NCBI GenBank assembly: GCA_044229075.1
Contig: JBGATS010000001.1
Coordinates: 275 to 64,274, forward strand
Direction: 5' to 3'
Source of the DNA: Minisyncoccia bacterium
Lineage (GTDB): Bacteria > Patescibacteriota > Minisyncoccia > Phycocordibacterales > UBA1006
Length of the DNA: 64,000 nucleotides
Part shown: positions 48,894 through 59,246 of the stretch, in pieces
How positions within the stretch are numbered: position 1 is the first letter of the stretch
Layout: each line of letters opens with the position of its first letter
Position numbers and translations under genes: made by a program
Notes under the pieces: model-generated
What the model saw: the letters and a program-made list of their open reading frames with translations, nothing else
The model's database searches: none
Told to the model about the DNA's origin: nothing

Positions 48894-49982
48894 TTATTCA
48901 AGAAGATATGCGAGCGCAGTGCTCATTACGGGTAAATACAGAGGAAGTTCCTCTGCAGGAATCTGGATAATTATTTCATCATCCATTAATTCCGTAGGAA
49001 TAACATCAATTGGGGTGACCATACTTCCAGAACGAATACCGAGATATTGCGCAATTCCAGGAATACTTGCACCGATCCCATAGAGGTACCACTGATTTGG
49101 TGCCCCGTGATAAAATGGATGGTTGTACACTTTTGAAGAACAGCTTTCAATTGCTTGATGTAGTCCTGTTACTAATGGTTGGAGTGTATCTCTGAGTGCG
49201 TGTAAAATTAATGGGTCGGGATGTGTTTGGAGTACTCCATAATGAGTAATAATTTTCTGTGCCTCGCGCAACGGTATTGAAAGTTTTTCTTGAAGTGTCT
49301 GCAGAAGTTGTTCGCTCCCTATTTGACACCAGGACGATGCGATAATTTTACCAGAACGGATAACGCTGATTTGTGTGTCTCGCCCTGCAATTGCAATCGT
49401 TCCGTACAGAGCTCCTTGATTCATGTATTGTGCAACTCGATGAATAGCAAAACTGGTTATATCAATATGTCCGATCGTAAATCCAGCAGACTCGAGTATT
49501 TCTGGAAAAAATCGAAACTGATCTGGGTGCGCCACTGATACGTGAATATGATACCCTTCATCTGATTCTTGGATTACTTCATAATCACTGATGATGTCGC
49601 TGGCAGTAAACTGTGGGTGGCTCTGGATTACTTTTTGCAAATATAACTCAATAATTTTTTGGAGTGAGTTCTGATTGGTAGTAGTTCCTGTTTTTATCAC
49701 TGTGTGTGGCATTACGGTATGGAACACGGTAATGTATCGATCAGGAATAACAAGGTGGATATTAGTAAACCTATGTTTTTTTCGCAAACCACGCAATCGT
49801 TGAATAATAATTGGGTCAACCATGATTCTCTCGTCCTGGGTTATAAATTGATCGGCAATACGTTCACTAAAAAATTGCTTCACGGTTATATCGGTTCCCT
49901 TTTTTGATACATGAAAAAAACGCAATGTTCGATCGTCGAACATACATGCAACAGAATCACGAACAGGATGTAAAAATGACAT
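48894..49982 (-). CDS. PilM-like actin-fold protein (type IV pilus assembly)
   Basis: C-terminal LYGIGASIPGIAQYLGIRSG resembles PilM/FtsA-fold terminus; moderate. Confidence 0.45.
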   Translation of the reverse strand: MSFLHPVRDSVACMFDDRTLRFFHVSKKGTDITVKQFFSERIADQFITQDERIMVDPIIIQRLRGLRKKHRFTNIHLVIPDRYITVFHTVMPHTVIKTGTTTNQNSLQKIIELYLQKVIQSHPQFTASDIISDYEVIQESDEGYHIHVSVAHPDQFRFFPEILESAGFTIGHIDITSFAIHRVAQYMNQGALYGTIAIAGRDTQISVIRSGKIIASSWCQIGSEQLLQTLQEKLSIPLREAQKIITHYGVLQTHPDPLILHALRDTLQPLVTGLHQAIESCSSKVYNHPFYHGAPNQWYLYGIGASIPGIAQYLGIRSGSMVTPIDVIPTELMDDEIIIQIPAEELPLYLPVMSTALAYLLE

Positions 49983-50093
49983 ATTGAATACAGTATATCA
50001 CTGGTTTCATTGTTTTCCAAGTGAATACTCAATTTTTTCCAAACACTTGACAAAAAAAGAGAACTGGGTAATATACCGATCAAACAATATCAT

Positions 50094-50402
50094 ATGGTGG
50101 AAGTCTTAATTATTGGGTGTATTGGCACAGTCTCAGCCTGTGTGCACACTATTGCCCAAAATATTGAAAAAGAAATAATTTTAGTTCGTCTCGAAAAAGA
50201 GCCAGTTGGAATTGAAACTTCAAGAGAAAAAAGTTTGGTAATCACAAGATTACCAAATGTTATCATTTCTGAGATTGTTTACGATCTTAAAAAAGAAGTT
50301 TTTATAAAATTAAAAAATATTTTTTCACAGATTAAAATTGCAGCACTATCTTCAAGATCGCTACTAAACTTAATCTATAAAAAATATAGACACCCACCAT
50401 AG
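50094..50402 (+). CDS. hypothetical small protein
   Basis: preceded by TTGACA-17-TAATAT promoter-like sequence at 50048-50082. Confidence 0.3.
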   Translation: MVEVLIIGCIGTVSACVHTIAQNIEKEIILVRLEKEPVGIETSREKSLVITRLPNVIISEIVYDLKKEVFIKLKNIFSQIKIAALSSRSLLNLIYKKYRHPP

Positions 50403-50466
50403 TTGGGTTAGGTAAAATTTTAAATTTATAAAGACTGAAAACCTCTTTCGAAAGAAAGAGGGTTTT

Positions 50467-50838
50467 TTATCGAACAGCACTTCCTGGGGCAACAGGAGAT
50501 TCTGGGACCAGAAATATTGGCGCTCCGTCACCTACCGCCAATAACATTCCATGACTTTCCAATCCTCGAATGGTGCGTGGTTCCAGGTTCACGATATAGA
50601 GAACTTGTTTACCAATGAGTTCCTGGTAACCAGGGTAATATTCCCGGATACCTGACAAGATCTGTCGTACTGGAACAATGGTTCCATCGGGTAGTTCAAG
50701 ATCTTGAGTCTTTAACTCCTCGGTAAATTGGATCAAGAATTTCAAAAGCTTGTCAGCGCCTTCTATTTCTTCGACATGGCGTATTATTCCAATACGGATG
50801 TCCATTTTTTTAAATTCATCATAGGTTACATATTCCAT
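50467..50838 (-). CDS. tRNA-binding domain protein (CsaA/EMAP-like OB fold)
   Basis: IGKQVLYIVNLEPRTIRGLESHGMLLA pattern. Confidence 0.6.
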   Translation of the reverse strand: MEYVTYDEFKKMDIRIGIIRHVEEIEGADKLLKFLIQFTEELKTQDLELPDGTIVPVRQILSGIREYYPGYQELIGKQVLYIVNLEPRTIRGLESHGMLLAVGDGAPIFLVPESPVAPGSAVR

Positions 50839-50870
50839 AGACTATCTATAGCATGAAATAAAAAAAAATT

Positions 50871-51296
50871 CTATTGATGTCTCTCTAAAAAACGCTGGAG
50901 AATGCTTGCAGCTGCTTGTGCGTCAATTGATGTTGTAGAAGTTTTTTTCGTCCTCTGTCGAGATATTGGTTTTTCAATACTTTTTGTAAAATCTAAACTT
51001 TTCAAGAAATGCGAGGTGAATCGTTCGTCTTCCAACGAAACAGTCACACCTGATAGTTTCTGAAGCTCCTCTACGAATGCGTCAATATCATCCATAATTC
51101 CATTGCGGGCACCTGATGTGGTGAGTGACTTTCCTACCACAATTCCTGTGATTGATTCTGTGGCAATGATCGAGAGGATATTCGAAAAGAGCGCGCGATC
51201 ATTTTCAAGTACTTGTTTTGGAAATGCAATCACCCCTTGTTCATCAGAAACAGCAATACCAACGCGTTTTGATCCATAATCAATTCCCATGTATTT
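50871..51296 (-). CDS. ruvX: Holliday junction resolvase-like RuvX/YqgF
   Basis: MKYMGIDYGSKRVGIAVSD RNase H-fold motif. Confidence 0.8.
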   Translation of the reverse strand, partial: KYMGIDYGSKRVGIAVSDEQGVIAFPKQVLENDRALFSNILSIIATESITGIVVGKSLTTSGARNGIMDDIDAFVEELQKLSGVTVSLEDERFTSHFLKSLDFTKSIEKPISRQRTKKTSTTSIDAQAAASILQRFLERHQ

Positions 51297-51397
51297 CATA
51301 TTTTTTATACTACCATGTTTACTCATGATTTTCCAACCAACCTCTTGTCTTTTCTCGGAAATCTGATAGAGTAAAGAAGCTTCGAGAGAAGACGCTT

Positions 51398-51482
51398 GGA
51401 GGCGTGGATGAGTGGTTTAAATCAACAGTCTTGAAAACTGTCGACTCGAAAGGGTCCGTGAGTTCGAATCTCACCGCCTCCG
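51398..51482 (+). tRNA. tRNA-Ser (anticodon TGA), class II
   Basis: GGAGGCG acceptor, anticodon loop CTTGAAA, long variable arm, T-arm GTGAGTTCGAATCTCAC. Confidence 0.85.
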
Positions 51483-51683
51483 CTATAACATAATGAACCC
51501 AGCACGAAAGTGTTGGGTGATTTATGTTACCGGAAAGGCGTGAGATGAGAAAAGAGCGAAGCGGTTTACGAAATTCGAGGAACGAGAATTTTGTCGCGAG
51601 CGGCGGGGCCGAGCGAGTGAGATATTTTATGAGCGAAGCGAAATAAAATATCCACGAGGGTGGCCGAATCTCACCGCCTCCGC
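51483..51683 (+). repeat. ~200-bp tRNA-Ser-flanking mini-element ending in 18-bp copy of tRNA-Ser 3' end (gaatctcaccgcctccgc)
   Basis: homologous to element after tRNA-Val. Confidence 0.55.
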
Positions 51684-51785
51684 ATTGACAACCTGGTAGA
51701 TACATGACCCATGTACCTATGAAAGTTGTACGACCCACAAAGGTTGAGCACTAAACAAAAAGAGCGACTATTGTCGCTCTTTTTG

Positions 51786-52640
51786 TCATCGAACCTCTTT
51801 CAAGAAATCATTTCCATCTTCTATTTTTCCAGTGATAGGTTTTGAAGAAATCCACATTAATTCAAATTGAGTGGAAAGCATTTCTACTAATTCTTTACTT
51901 TCAATAATGAAACCGAATGCCTCTTTCTTTGACGAGATAAAAGCAACCTTTTTTCCATAAATCCAGTAGCCCATAAAGAAAGATATATTTTTGGGAGCAA
52001 TGCGAATCTCTCTTAAAAACTCTTTACCAAACCCAAGGTAGGGATGTTTTTTAATATCTAATTTTTGAGATTCAGGCCATATAGCTCTAGTATATATTTT
52101 TCTTTGAATTCGTTCTTTATTGAGATCTCGAAAAAAAGATTCCGATAAAATATCAACCATAGATTTTATAGGCCAATACGCTTTTGTCTCAATATCACGA
52201 TACAGCATCATATCTTTCAAAATCTGCTTGAGACCTTCTTTACCTTCAAAAAGTTGAAAACGTGGATTACTTGCTGATCCATGAATAGCTATTTGTTCGT
52301 AGAGATCTGCGATCTGATTTTTGCCAGCTTCAAGATCTTTAATTTTTTCACTAAATAATTTCTCTATTTTTTCTTTCGAGCACGCATGGAATGTTTTGAC
52401 ACCATTCTTTTGTGATTCAGTAACTAGCCCTATATCTTTTAGTTTTCTCACAAACCCATACAAAGAGGGACGCGAAAGTCCCGTCTTCTTTGCAAGATTG
52501 CCTGCTGTTTGCTCACCTTGCTCAATAAGAAAAACAAATGTTTTTATCTCATCCTCGCGTAAGCCGAATTGTACGAGTATTTTTTCGATCATGAGTGGAT
52601 GGTAGCAAAATATGTCATTGTTGTCAAGACTGTACAACAA
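51786..52640 (-). CDS. TrmB-family transcriptional regulator
   Basis: N-terminal wHTH (LIEQGEQTAGNLAKKTGLSRPSLYGFVRKLKDIGLV) + C-terminal effector domain. Confidence 0.55.
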   Translation of the reverse strand: MLYSLDNNDIFCYHPLMIEKILVQFGLREDEIKTFVFLIEQGEQTAGNLAKKTGLSRPSLYGFVRKLKDIGLVTESQKNGVKTFHACSKEKIEKLFSEKIKDLEAGKNQIADLYEQIAIHGSASNPRFQLFEGKEGLKQILKDMMLYRDIETKAYWPIKSMVDILSESFFRDLNKERIQRKIYTRAIWPESQKLDIKKHPYLGFGKEFLREIRIAPKNISFFMGYWIYGKKVAFISSKKEAFGFIIESKELVEMLSTQFELMWISSKPITGKIEDGNDFLKEVR

Positions 52641-52709
52641 TATTTACATATTATCTGTATCGACTATAGTTAAATTAAATTTTTCTTTTAACAAAAAAAT
52701 GATTTTATT

Positions 52710-53363
52710 ATGCAAAAGATTCAATCACATGACTGGATTATTCTTCCTGGTGGGAAGAATGCAATCCTTAGATTTCCGTTTCATGGGGAACTAAAACAAT
52801 TAGGTACTCCAACTACTGGTTCGTACCGCTTGGCCACTCACGTAGAAGTCCTTGTTGTAGCCACTTCTCCGTATCCTTGGGGATTCATGCCTGAAAACAC
52901 GAATCCGACAAAGATTTGGAAAGAAAAAAGGATCGGCTATGGTGGACTTGTGCATTCTGCATGGTTCATCTTACAAAGTGATGAGCGTATCGGTGGAGCA
53001 CCAAATGTTCCTGAGGTAGGTCCAGGTGCGATGCGTCACTATCTCCTAACTTCAGGTGGTATTGATAATTCTCATCAACTCAACGACAACGAAGGATATG
53101 CAGTTGTTTGGGAAGATATTCCTGCTTGTAATGACCAGGTATATAGAACCATTCATGCTCATGTTTCAAAACATGTTACCGCAGATCGTGGCGGGGTTGT
53201 TATCTCACCCGTACAAAAAGAAACTGATATAATTCATGTTGGTTTCACTGGTAGATGTATGACCTGCCCAAATCCTGAAAGGATTTCAGTCAACGCATTG
53301 AAAGATGCTTGCTCGAAATTTTCTATTGAACTACATCCTGATTGGAAAGATTGGGTTTTGTAA
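52710..53363 (+). CDS. hypothetical protein with NifU/Nfu-like C-terminal CxxC motif
   Basis: GFTGRCMTCPNPERISVNALKDA resembles the Nfu C-terminal domain (pattern recalled from memory); N-terminal part unknown. Confidence 0.35.
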   Translation: MQKIQSHDWIILPGGKNAILRFPFHGELKQLGTPTTGSYRLATHVEVLVVATSPYPWGFMPENTNPTKIWKEKRIGYGGLVHSAWFILQSDERIGGAPNVPEVGPGAMRHYLLTSGGIDNSHQLNDNEGYAVVWEDIPACNDQVYRTIHAHVSKHVTADRGGVVISPVQKETDIIHVGFTGRCMTCPNPERISVNALKDACSKFSIELHPDWKDWVL

Positions 53364-53396
53364 AATGAAACCGACTTATATTAATAGGTCGGTTTT

Positions 53397-54752
53397 TTAC
53401 TTTAATAAAGTTATTTTCTTCTCTTTCAGTATCAACCTACTCCTTAAATGTCCCATAAGTTCACGCTTTTCAAGTGGTGTACCTTCTCGCAATACATACT
53501 TAGCATACTCTCTGGTATTCACATCATCCTCGTTGATGCTGTATTTTGGTGTACCTTTTGTTGCTAGTCTTTGTAGTCTATTGAATCGCTTTATTTCTTC
53601 CTCGAGCTTCATTCGCATACCTAACTCATTAATACTCACTTTATCTATGACCTTGAATAGTTCCTCGATAAGTTCCTCCTCTCGTATGTATTTGTTCTTA
53701 CAATTTCTATCTTTTGCCTTAGAGCATGAGTAGTAGATATATTTTGCATTGGTTCCATCTTTGAGCAACTTGTATTTTTCTTGAGCTGTTATACCTGACT
53801 GGCACATTCCGCATGTAAATAATTTCGTAAAGGCAAACTCTCGATTTTCTCGAACAATTTTATCTCGCTTTAGATGTTCTTGTGCTTTTTTAAACAACTC
53901 TTCATCAATTATTGGCTCATGACTTCCTTGGTACCAATTACCGCTATTTTTAGGATATTCGAATGGTCCATAATATATCGGCATATCAAATATACGATAA
54001 ACCCCTGAGAGTGTCAGGGGTTTGTTTCCTCGAGTATAAAAATTTAACTCAAATCGCAACCAGTTGTATACCTTGCGACCACTCCAATTTTCATAGGCAA
54101 CCTTTTCAAACATTTTTTTGATTATTGGGGCTCGCTCTGGATCAATGGCGAGCTGACATTTTCGATCCATAATTTTCTGGTTGAGATATCCAAGTGGTGC
54201 CATTCCAGGCCAGAGACCCATTTCTACTCGTGTACGAAGTCCGCGCTTCACATTGATACCTCGGTTATCGTTCTCAAGTTTTGCTTGCGATCCGAGAATC
54301 ATTAGGAGAAATTTCTCATTTGGATTATTTGAAAACGTCTGTCCGAAAGTTCGTATTTGGAGGAGTTTACCTGCATCCATCAGGTCTACGATTTTTCCTA
54401 GATCTCCGGCGTTTCTGGAAATACGATCTGGTGCCCATGTCAGAATCGCATTATATTTACCATCTCGAATTTCCTCTACGATTTCATTAAATACGGGTCG
54501 TTGTCCAGTTTCTTTTGCGCTGTGACTTTCTCGTTTCATAGCTACAATCTCTAGTCCTTCACGTTCGGCGAGTGCAAGCATTTCATTAATTTGAGAGTCT
54601 ATTGAAAGTACCTGTCTCTCCTCAGACTCTGTCGACTTTCTTGCATAAAGGCAATATTTCGCCTTTATTATATTTTGCTCTACTGGGGCTATTTCATAGC
54701 CATTTGGTGCATTTATTTTCATACACCTAACTAATGCCGCAGGACGTCCCAT
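53397..54752 (-). CDS. large serine recombinase (paralog of 43267-44901)
   Basis: YARKSTESEERQV...DRISRN catalytic domain, recombinase domain, C-terminal Cys cluster. Confidence 0.85.
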   Translation of the reverse strand: MGRPAALVRCMKINAPNGYEIAPVEQNIIKAKYCLYARKSTESEERQVLSIDSQINEMLALAEREGLEIVAMKRESHSAKETGQRPVFNEIVEEIRDGKYNAILTWAPDRISRNAGDLGKIVDLMDAGKLLQIRTFGQTFSNNPNEKFLLMILGSQAKLENDNRGINVKRGLRTRVEMGLWPGMAPLGYLNQKIMDRKCQLAIDPERAPIIKKMFEKVAYENWSGRKVYNWLRFELNFYTRGNKPLTLSGVYRIFDMPIYYGPFEYPKNSGNWYQGSHEPIIDEELFKKAQEHLKRDKIVRENREFAFTKLFTCGMCQSGITAQEKYKLLKDGTNAKYIYYSCSKAKDRNCKNKYIREEELIEELFKVIDKVSINELGMRMKLEEEIKRFNRLQRLATKGTPKYSINEDDVNTREYAKYVLREGTPLEKRELMGHLRSRLILKEKKITLLK

Positions 54753-54793
54753 AAGTCTAGGTTCTTTGAAAAATAACTGTTGGTAACTAAATA

Positions 54794-55426
54794 TTGCAAA
54801 AGCTTGCTTTTATTTTAAAAGTGCAGTATACTCTTTACATGCAAAAGAAATTGAGTCAATTAGCAACCATAGTTTCAGGGTACACATTCCGTGGATCTAT
54901 AGAAAACGACCCAAATGGAGATATTTTTGTGCTCCAAGCTAAAAATATACAAACGAGTCGAGATATTGAGGATGTATTTGATTTTACAACAATTTCAGAT
55001 AAGTCTTTAAGAAATCCCTACTTCCTCCAATACAATGACATCTTGCTTGTTTCTAGAGGGTCAGGACTGGGTTCATTCAGATCTGCAGTTTTTATATCAA
55101 ACGAACCAAACGTGATGCCATCATCTTCAGTCCATGTAATACGAATTCATGATGTCACAGTCCTCCCTAAATATATATCGCTTTATCTCAACTCAGAAGT
55201 CGGACAAAAAGCATTATCTCAAATAGTTACAGGCGCTTCCTATATACAAAGTATCCTCGTAAAGAATCTAATAGATTTTGAAATTCTTATACCCCCGATC
55301 CATATACAAAAATCTATTATCTCACTACACGAAAATATTACAGACCAAGAACGGATACTAAAAAGAAAACAGGAACTACAAAAAAACATTATCAATGCAT
55401 CGTTTACTAACCTAATTAATAACTAA
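54794..55426 (+). CDS. hsdS: type I RM specificity subunit, half-size (single TRD)
   Basis: 210 aa with one TRD + conserved helical region; directly abuts hsdM. Confidence 0.65.
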   Translation: MQKLAFILKVQYTLYMQKKLSQLATIVSGYTFRGSIENDPNGDIFVLQAKNIQTSRDIEDVFDFTTISDKSLRNPYFLQYNDILLVSRGSGLGSFRSAVFISNEPNVMPSSSVHVIRIHDVTVLPKYISLYLNSEVGQKALSQIVTGASYIQSILVKNLIDFEILIPPIHIQKSIISLHENITDQERILKRKQELQKNIINASFTNLINN

Positions 55427-55427
55427 T

Positions 55428-56939
55428 ATGACTAATCAAAAATACACACAAGAAGACTTAAACAAAATCCTCTGGCAAGCAGCGGATTCTTCTCGCATAC
55501 AAGTTGACGCAGGTGTTTACAAAGACTACGTACTTGCAATGCTTTTCTTTAAATATCTTAGCGACCTTTCAAAAAAGAAACGAAATGAATACAAAGAACG
55601 TTTTGGTAATGATGAAAAACGTACTGAAGAAAAAATGAAGCTTGATCGCTTCTATCTTCCTCCAAAGTCTTCTTTTGATTATATCTATTCTATCCTCGAA
55701 CAAGACAATCTTGGTGAAGAAATAAACAAAGCACTTCATCGTATTGAAGATGCCAACAAGGAAAAACTTGATGGTGTATTTTCTGTAGACTTCAATTCTG
55801 AATCAACTTTAGGAAAACTTGCAGAGCGAAACAAAATGCTCCGTCATCTAGTACAAGACTTTGCAAAAATGGATCTCTCGGATGTAAATGACGATATTAT
55901 TGGTAATTCATATATGTACATGATTGAGCGCTTTGGAGCCGATGCAGGCAAAAAAGCAGGAGAATTTTTCACTGTGCGTAACGTTGCTCATCTTGTAGCA
56001 AGACTAGCTGAACCAAAAGTAGGTGCACGTATTTGTGATCCATGTTGTGGTTCTGGAGGACTACTACTGCTTGCAGGTGAAGAAGTAGAAAAACAAGGTT
56101 CAAAAAACTATGCTCTTTACGGTCAAGAATCTACAGGATCAACCTACCAACTCGCTCGTATGAACATGTTCCTCCATGGAAAAGACTCTGCACGACTTGA
56201 ATGGGGCGACACATTAAATAATCCTCTTCTTGTAGAAAATGATCACTTAATGAAGTTCGACACCATTGTTGCCAATCCTCCGTTTTCTCTTAAAAAATGG
56301 GGTGCTGAACATGCAGAGGCTGATAAGTATAAACGCTTCTTGCGTGGTGTTCCACCAAAAGACAAAGGTGACTTTGCTTTTATTACTCATATGGTAGAGA
56401 CACTTAAACCAAAGACTGGTCGCATGGCAGTAGTTGTTCCTCATGGTGTTCTCTTCCGTGGAGGAGCAGAAGGAAAAATCCGTGAGCAACTTCTTAAAGA
56501 GAATATCGTTGAAGCTGTTATCGGACTTCCTGCAGGGTTGTTCCAAACAACTGGTATTCCTGTAGCAATTCTTATACTTGATCGCTCACGAGAAAAAGGA
56601 GGAGAAAATGAAAACAAAAAAGATGTATTCTTTATCGAAGCATCAAAAGAGTTCAAATCTAACAAAGCGCAAAATATTCTTACTGATGAAAATATCGAGA
56701 AGATTTATTCTACTTACAAAACTCGTAAGGATGTAGAAAAATTTGCTCGTAAAGTAAGCCTTAAAGAAATTGAGGAAAATGATTTCAATCTCAACATCAC
56801 TCGTTATGTAGATACATTCACAGAAGAAGCTCCTGTAGATATCAAAGCAAATTTGAAAGAGCTTGCTGAGCTTGAACCACAGCTAGAGAAGCTTGAGAAA
56901 CAAATGGTCGTATATCTAAAGGAGCTAGGAATTAAATAA
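55428..56939 (+). CDS. hsdM: type I RM N6-adenine DNA methyltransferase subunit
   Basis: NPPF motif (IVANPPFSLKKW), AdoMet motif I DPCCGSGG. Confidence 0.9.
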   Translation: MTNQKYTQEDLNKILWQAADSSRIQVDAGVYKDYVLAMLFFKYLSDLSKKKRNEYKERFGNDEKRTEEKMKLDRFYLPPKSSFDYIYSILEQDNLGEEINKALHRIEDANKEKLDGVFSVDFNSESTLGKLAERNKMLRHLVQDFAKMDLSDVNDDIIGNSYMYMIERFGADAGKKAGEFFTVRNVAHLVARLAEPKVGARICDPCCGSGGLLLLAGEEVEKQGSKNYALYGQESTGSTYQLARMNMFLHGKDSARLEWGDTLNNPLLVENDHLMKFDTIVANPPFSLKKWGAEHAEADKYKRFLRGVPPKDKGDFAFITHMVETLKPKTGRMAVVVPHGVLFRGGAEGKIREQLLKENIVEAVIGLPAGLFQTTGIPVAILILDRSREKGGENENKKDVFFIEASKEFKSNKAQNILTDENIEKIYSTYKTRKDVEKFARKVSLKEIEENDFNLNITRYVDTFTEEAPVDIKANLKELAELEPQLEKLEKQMVVYLKELGIK

Positions 56940-56943
56940 ATAT

Positions 56944-58071
56944 ATGAAAAACTTTGATTATAAAATTGTAGAACAAAAGTACCCTGACAGTTTAAGCCAG
57001 AATGGTTTTGATTTGATATTTAAAAATCCAGATCATGGGGCTTTAAATTTTTCGGAAATCGAAGCAGAATTTGTTGAATATTATGATATGTTTTTTGAAT
57101 TAGAAAAACTTGATTACAAAAATTCTCTATATCAGGAAGAAATTAATAACGTAGATAGAATAAGAAACGAACTAATAAATATATTTAACCAAATACAACA
57201 ATTTTCTATATCTGTACCAAACCCAACTCATGTTAAACAAAATATAATTAATCAGTTTAGAGATCAGATAAATAGAAATTCAAAACCTATAGAAGATTTC
57301 ATTTTAAAAATTAAATCAAAGAAATTCTTTGATTCTTCTGAAGGATCTAAAGCATTTGAAGAGATTCAAAAAGAAAAAGATTTAATTATTATCGAAAAAA
57401 ATAAGATTGAAAAAATTTCAGAGGAAATTGAAAGATATAGAGATGAATTAAAAGAGAAAATTAAAAACACTCAATTTGAAAAAATAGTTCAAACAGAGAG
57501 AACTAGCGGCGAACTAGAGTCAGCATCATTCTTTGAAGAGCAATCCTTAATTCATAAATTAAACGCTGATCAAATTGAAAATGAATTAGGGTGGCTACAA
57601 AAAAGAACAAAATTTGAAAAATATATTTACTGGCTTTTAGGGATTAGTGCGGGATTATTTTTGCTTAGTTTTGTTTTCTTAGTTATCTGGGGTGGCGTAA
57701 ATGAAGATGTACAAATTATTGATGCGATTAAGGTATGGGAAGCGTTCTGGGATATAAGAGCTGGACTTTTTATTCTTTCTTTGCTTTCTATTTTTTACAC
57801 GGGTTTATATTTTGCTACTAAAAATTATTCAAGAGAAAAAGACTTTGAGTATCAAAATAAGAATAAATCAAATATAGTAAAAAGTGTTGGATTATTTTCA
57901 TCTGGATCATCTGATCAAATTAGGCAGAATATTTATGAGATTGCCGCACGAACAATCTTTTCTGCCTACTCATCGTTTAATGAAGTAGATAAAAATCAAA
58001 ATTCTCAAATAAATCTTTCAGCTTCAACCGCTGACATAACTAAAAAGATTACATCAGCACATGAAAACTAA
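56944..58071 (+). CDS. RM-embedded hypothetical protein: ~220-aa coiled-coil N-domain + two C-terminal TM helices
   Basis: It is translationally coupled, 4 nt after the hsdM stop and overlapping the hsdS start by 11 nt. TM helices at YIYWLLGISAGLFLLSFVFLVIWGG and AGLFILSLLSIFYTGLYFA. Confidence 0.5.
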   Translation: MKNFDYKIVEQKYPDSLSQNGFDLIFKNPDHGALNFSEIEAEFVEYYDMFFELEKLDYKNSLYQEEINNVDRIRNELINIFNQIQQFSISVPNPTHVKQNIINQFRDQINRNSKPIEDFILKIKSKKFFDSSEGSKAFEEIQKEKDLIIIEKNKIEKISEEIERYRDELKEKIKNTQFEKIVQTERTSGELESASFFEEQSLIHKLNADQIENELGWLQKRTKFEKYIYWLLGISAGLFLLSFVFLVIWGGVNEDVQIIDAIKVWEAFWDIRAGLFILSLLSIFYTGLYFATKNYSREKDFEYQNKNKSNIVKSVGLFSSGSSDQIRQNIYEIAARTIFSAYSSFNEVDKNQNSQINLSASTADITKKITSAHEN

Positions 58072-59242
58072 TCAACCACAAAAAAATATTTCTTCAGATT
58101 GGCAACAAGTAAAGCTTGGTGCGGTTTGTGATATTTCAGCTGGCGGTACACCATCTACTGACATTTTAGAATATTGGGAAAATGGAAGTATTCCTTGGGC
58201 AAATTCTGCAGAGATAAATAAAAGAGATATTTATAAAACTAATAATTTTATTACACAAAGTGGTTTAGATAATTCATCTGCAAAAATTGTCCCAGAAAAT
58301 AGTGTTTTAATTGCACTTGCAGGACAGGGTTCCACTCGTGGTAAGGTTGCAGTTAATAAAATACCTTTATCAACAAATCAGTCTCTTGCTTTTTTTGTGC
58401 CTAAAAAAGATGTTGATTACCGATTTTTAAGATCAGTTCTTGAAATGAGATATCAAGAATTAAGATCTATTTCTACAGGTGATGGCGGTCGCGGTGGTTT
58501 AAATTTACAAATATTAAAATCACTAAAGATAAAACTCCCACCTCTCCCTGAACAAAACCGGATAGTTTCAGTCCTTGAAACTTGGGATAAATCTATTGAG
58601 AAACTCGCACGGAAAATTGAAGTAAAAAAACAAATCAAGAAAGCTTTGATGGATCAATATGTCTACAAAAGGAAAGATTCAACTGAGTATTTTATTGATA
58701 GTTTATTCGAACTCGGAAGGGGGCGTGTTATCGCTAGGGGTGAGATAGAAAATAATCCCGGTATATATCCTGTTTATTCTTCTCAGACATCAAATAGTGG
58801 AATATTCGGGAACATTTCTACATATGATTTTGAGGGTGAATATCTTACTTGGACAACTGACGGTGCTAATGCTGGGAGGGTTTTTTACAGAACTGGAAAG
58901 TTTAATTGTACGAATGTCTGTGGTACAGCAAAACTGAAAAAAGATTTAAAGGTTAATTTATATTTTGTCTATTCATATTTGAACTACATAACAAAGAATT
59001 ATGTTTCTTATGTTGGTAACCCCAAACTGATGAACGGTGTTTTTGGGAAAATTCAAATCAAACTACCAGATATCGAAGAGCAGGATAAAATTAGTAAAAT
59101 TTTAATTGTCTCAGACAAAGAAATAACCGAACTCGAAAAGAAATTATCCATTATCAGAGAACAGAAACGTTATCTCCTCAACAATTTAATCACTGGCACA
59201 ATTCGTACACCAGATACATTATCAACCAATAAACTCATATAA
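58061..59242 (+). CDS. hsdS: type I RM specificity subunit (two TRDs)
   Basis: 393 aa, duplicated TRD + conserved coiled-coil spacer architecture. Confidence 0.85.
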   Translation: MKTNQPQKNISSDWQQVKLGAVCDISAGGTPSTDILEYWENGSIPWANSAEINKRDIYKTNNFITQSGLDNSSAKIVPENSVLIALAGQGSTRGKVAVNKIPLSTNQSLAFFVPKKDVDYRFLRSVLEMRYQELRSISTGDGGRGGLNLQILKSLKIKLPPLPEQNRIVSVLETWDKSIEKLARKIEVKKQIKKALMDQYVYKRKDSTEYFIDSLFELGRGRVIARGEIENNPGIYPVYSSQTSNSGIFGNISTYDFEGEYLTWTTDGANAGRVFYRTGKFNCTNVCGTAKLKKDLKVNLYFVYSYLNYITKNYVSYVGNPKLMNGVFGKIQIKLPDIEEQDKISKILIVSDKEITELEKKLSIIREQKRYLLNNLITGTIRTPDTLSTNKLI

Positions 59243-59246
59243 ATAT

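Noticed and set aside
51319-51738. 139-aa minus-strand ORF
   Set aside because: It spans tRNA-Ser and the tRNA-flanking mini-element, so it is not coding.
54794-59242. Phase-variable hsdS shuffling between the two hsdS genes driven by the adjacent recombinase
   Set aside because: No shared DNA repeats between the half-size and full-size hsdS genes were visible, so I did not claim inversion-based shuffling.
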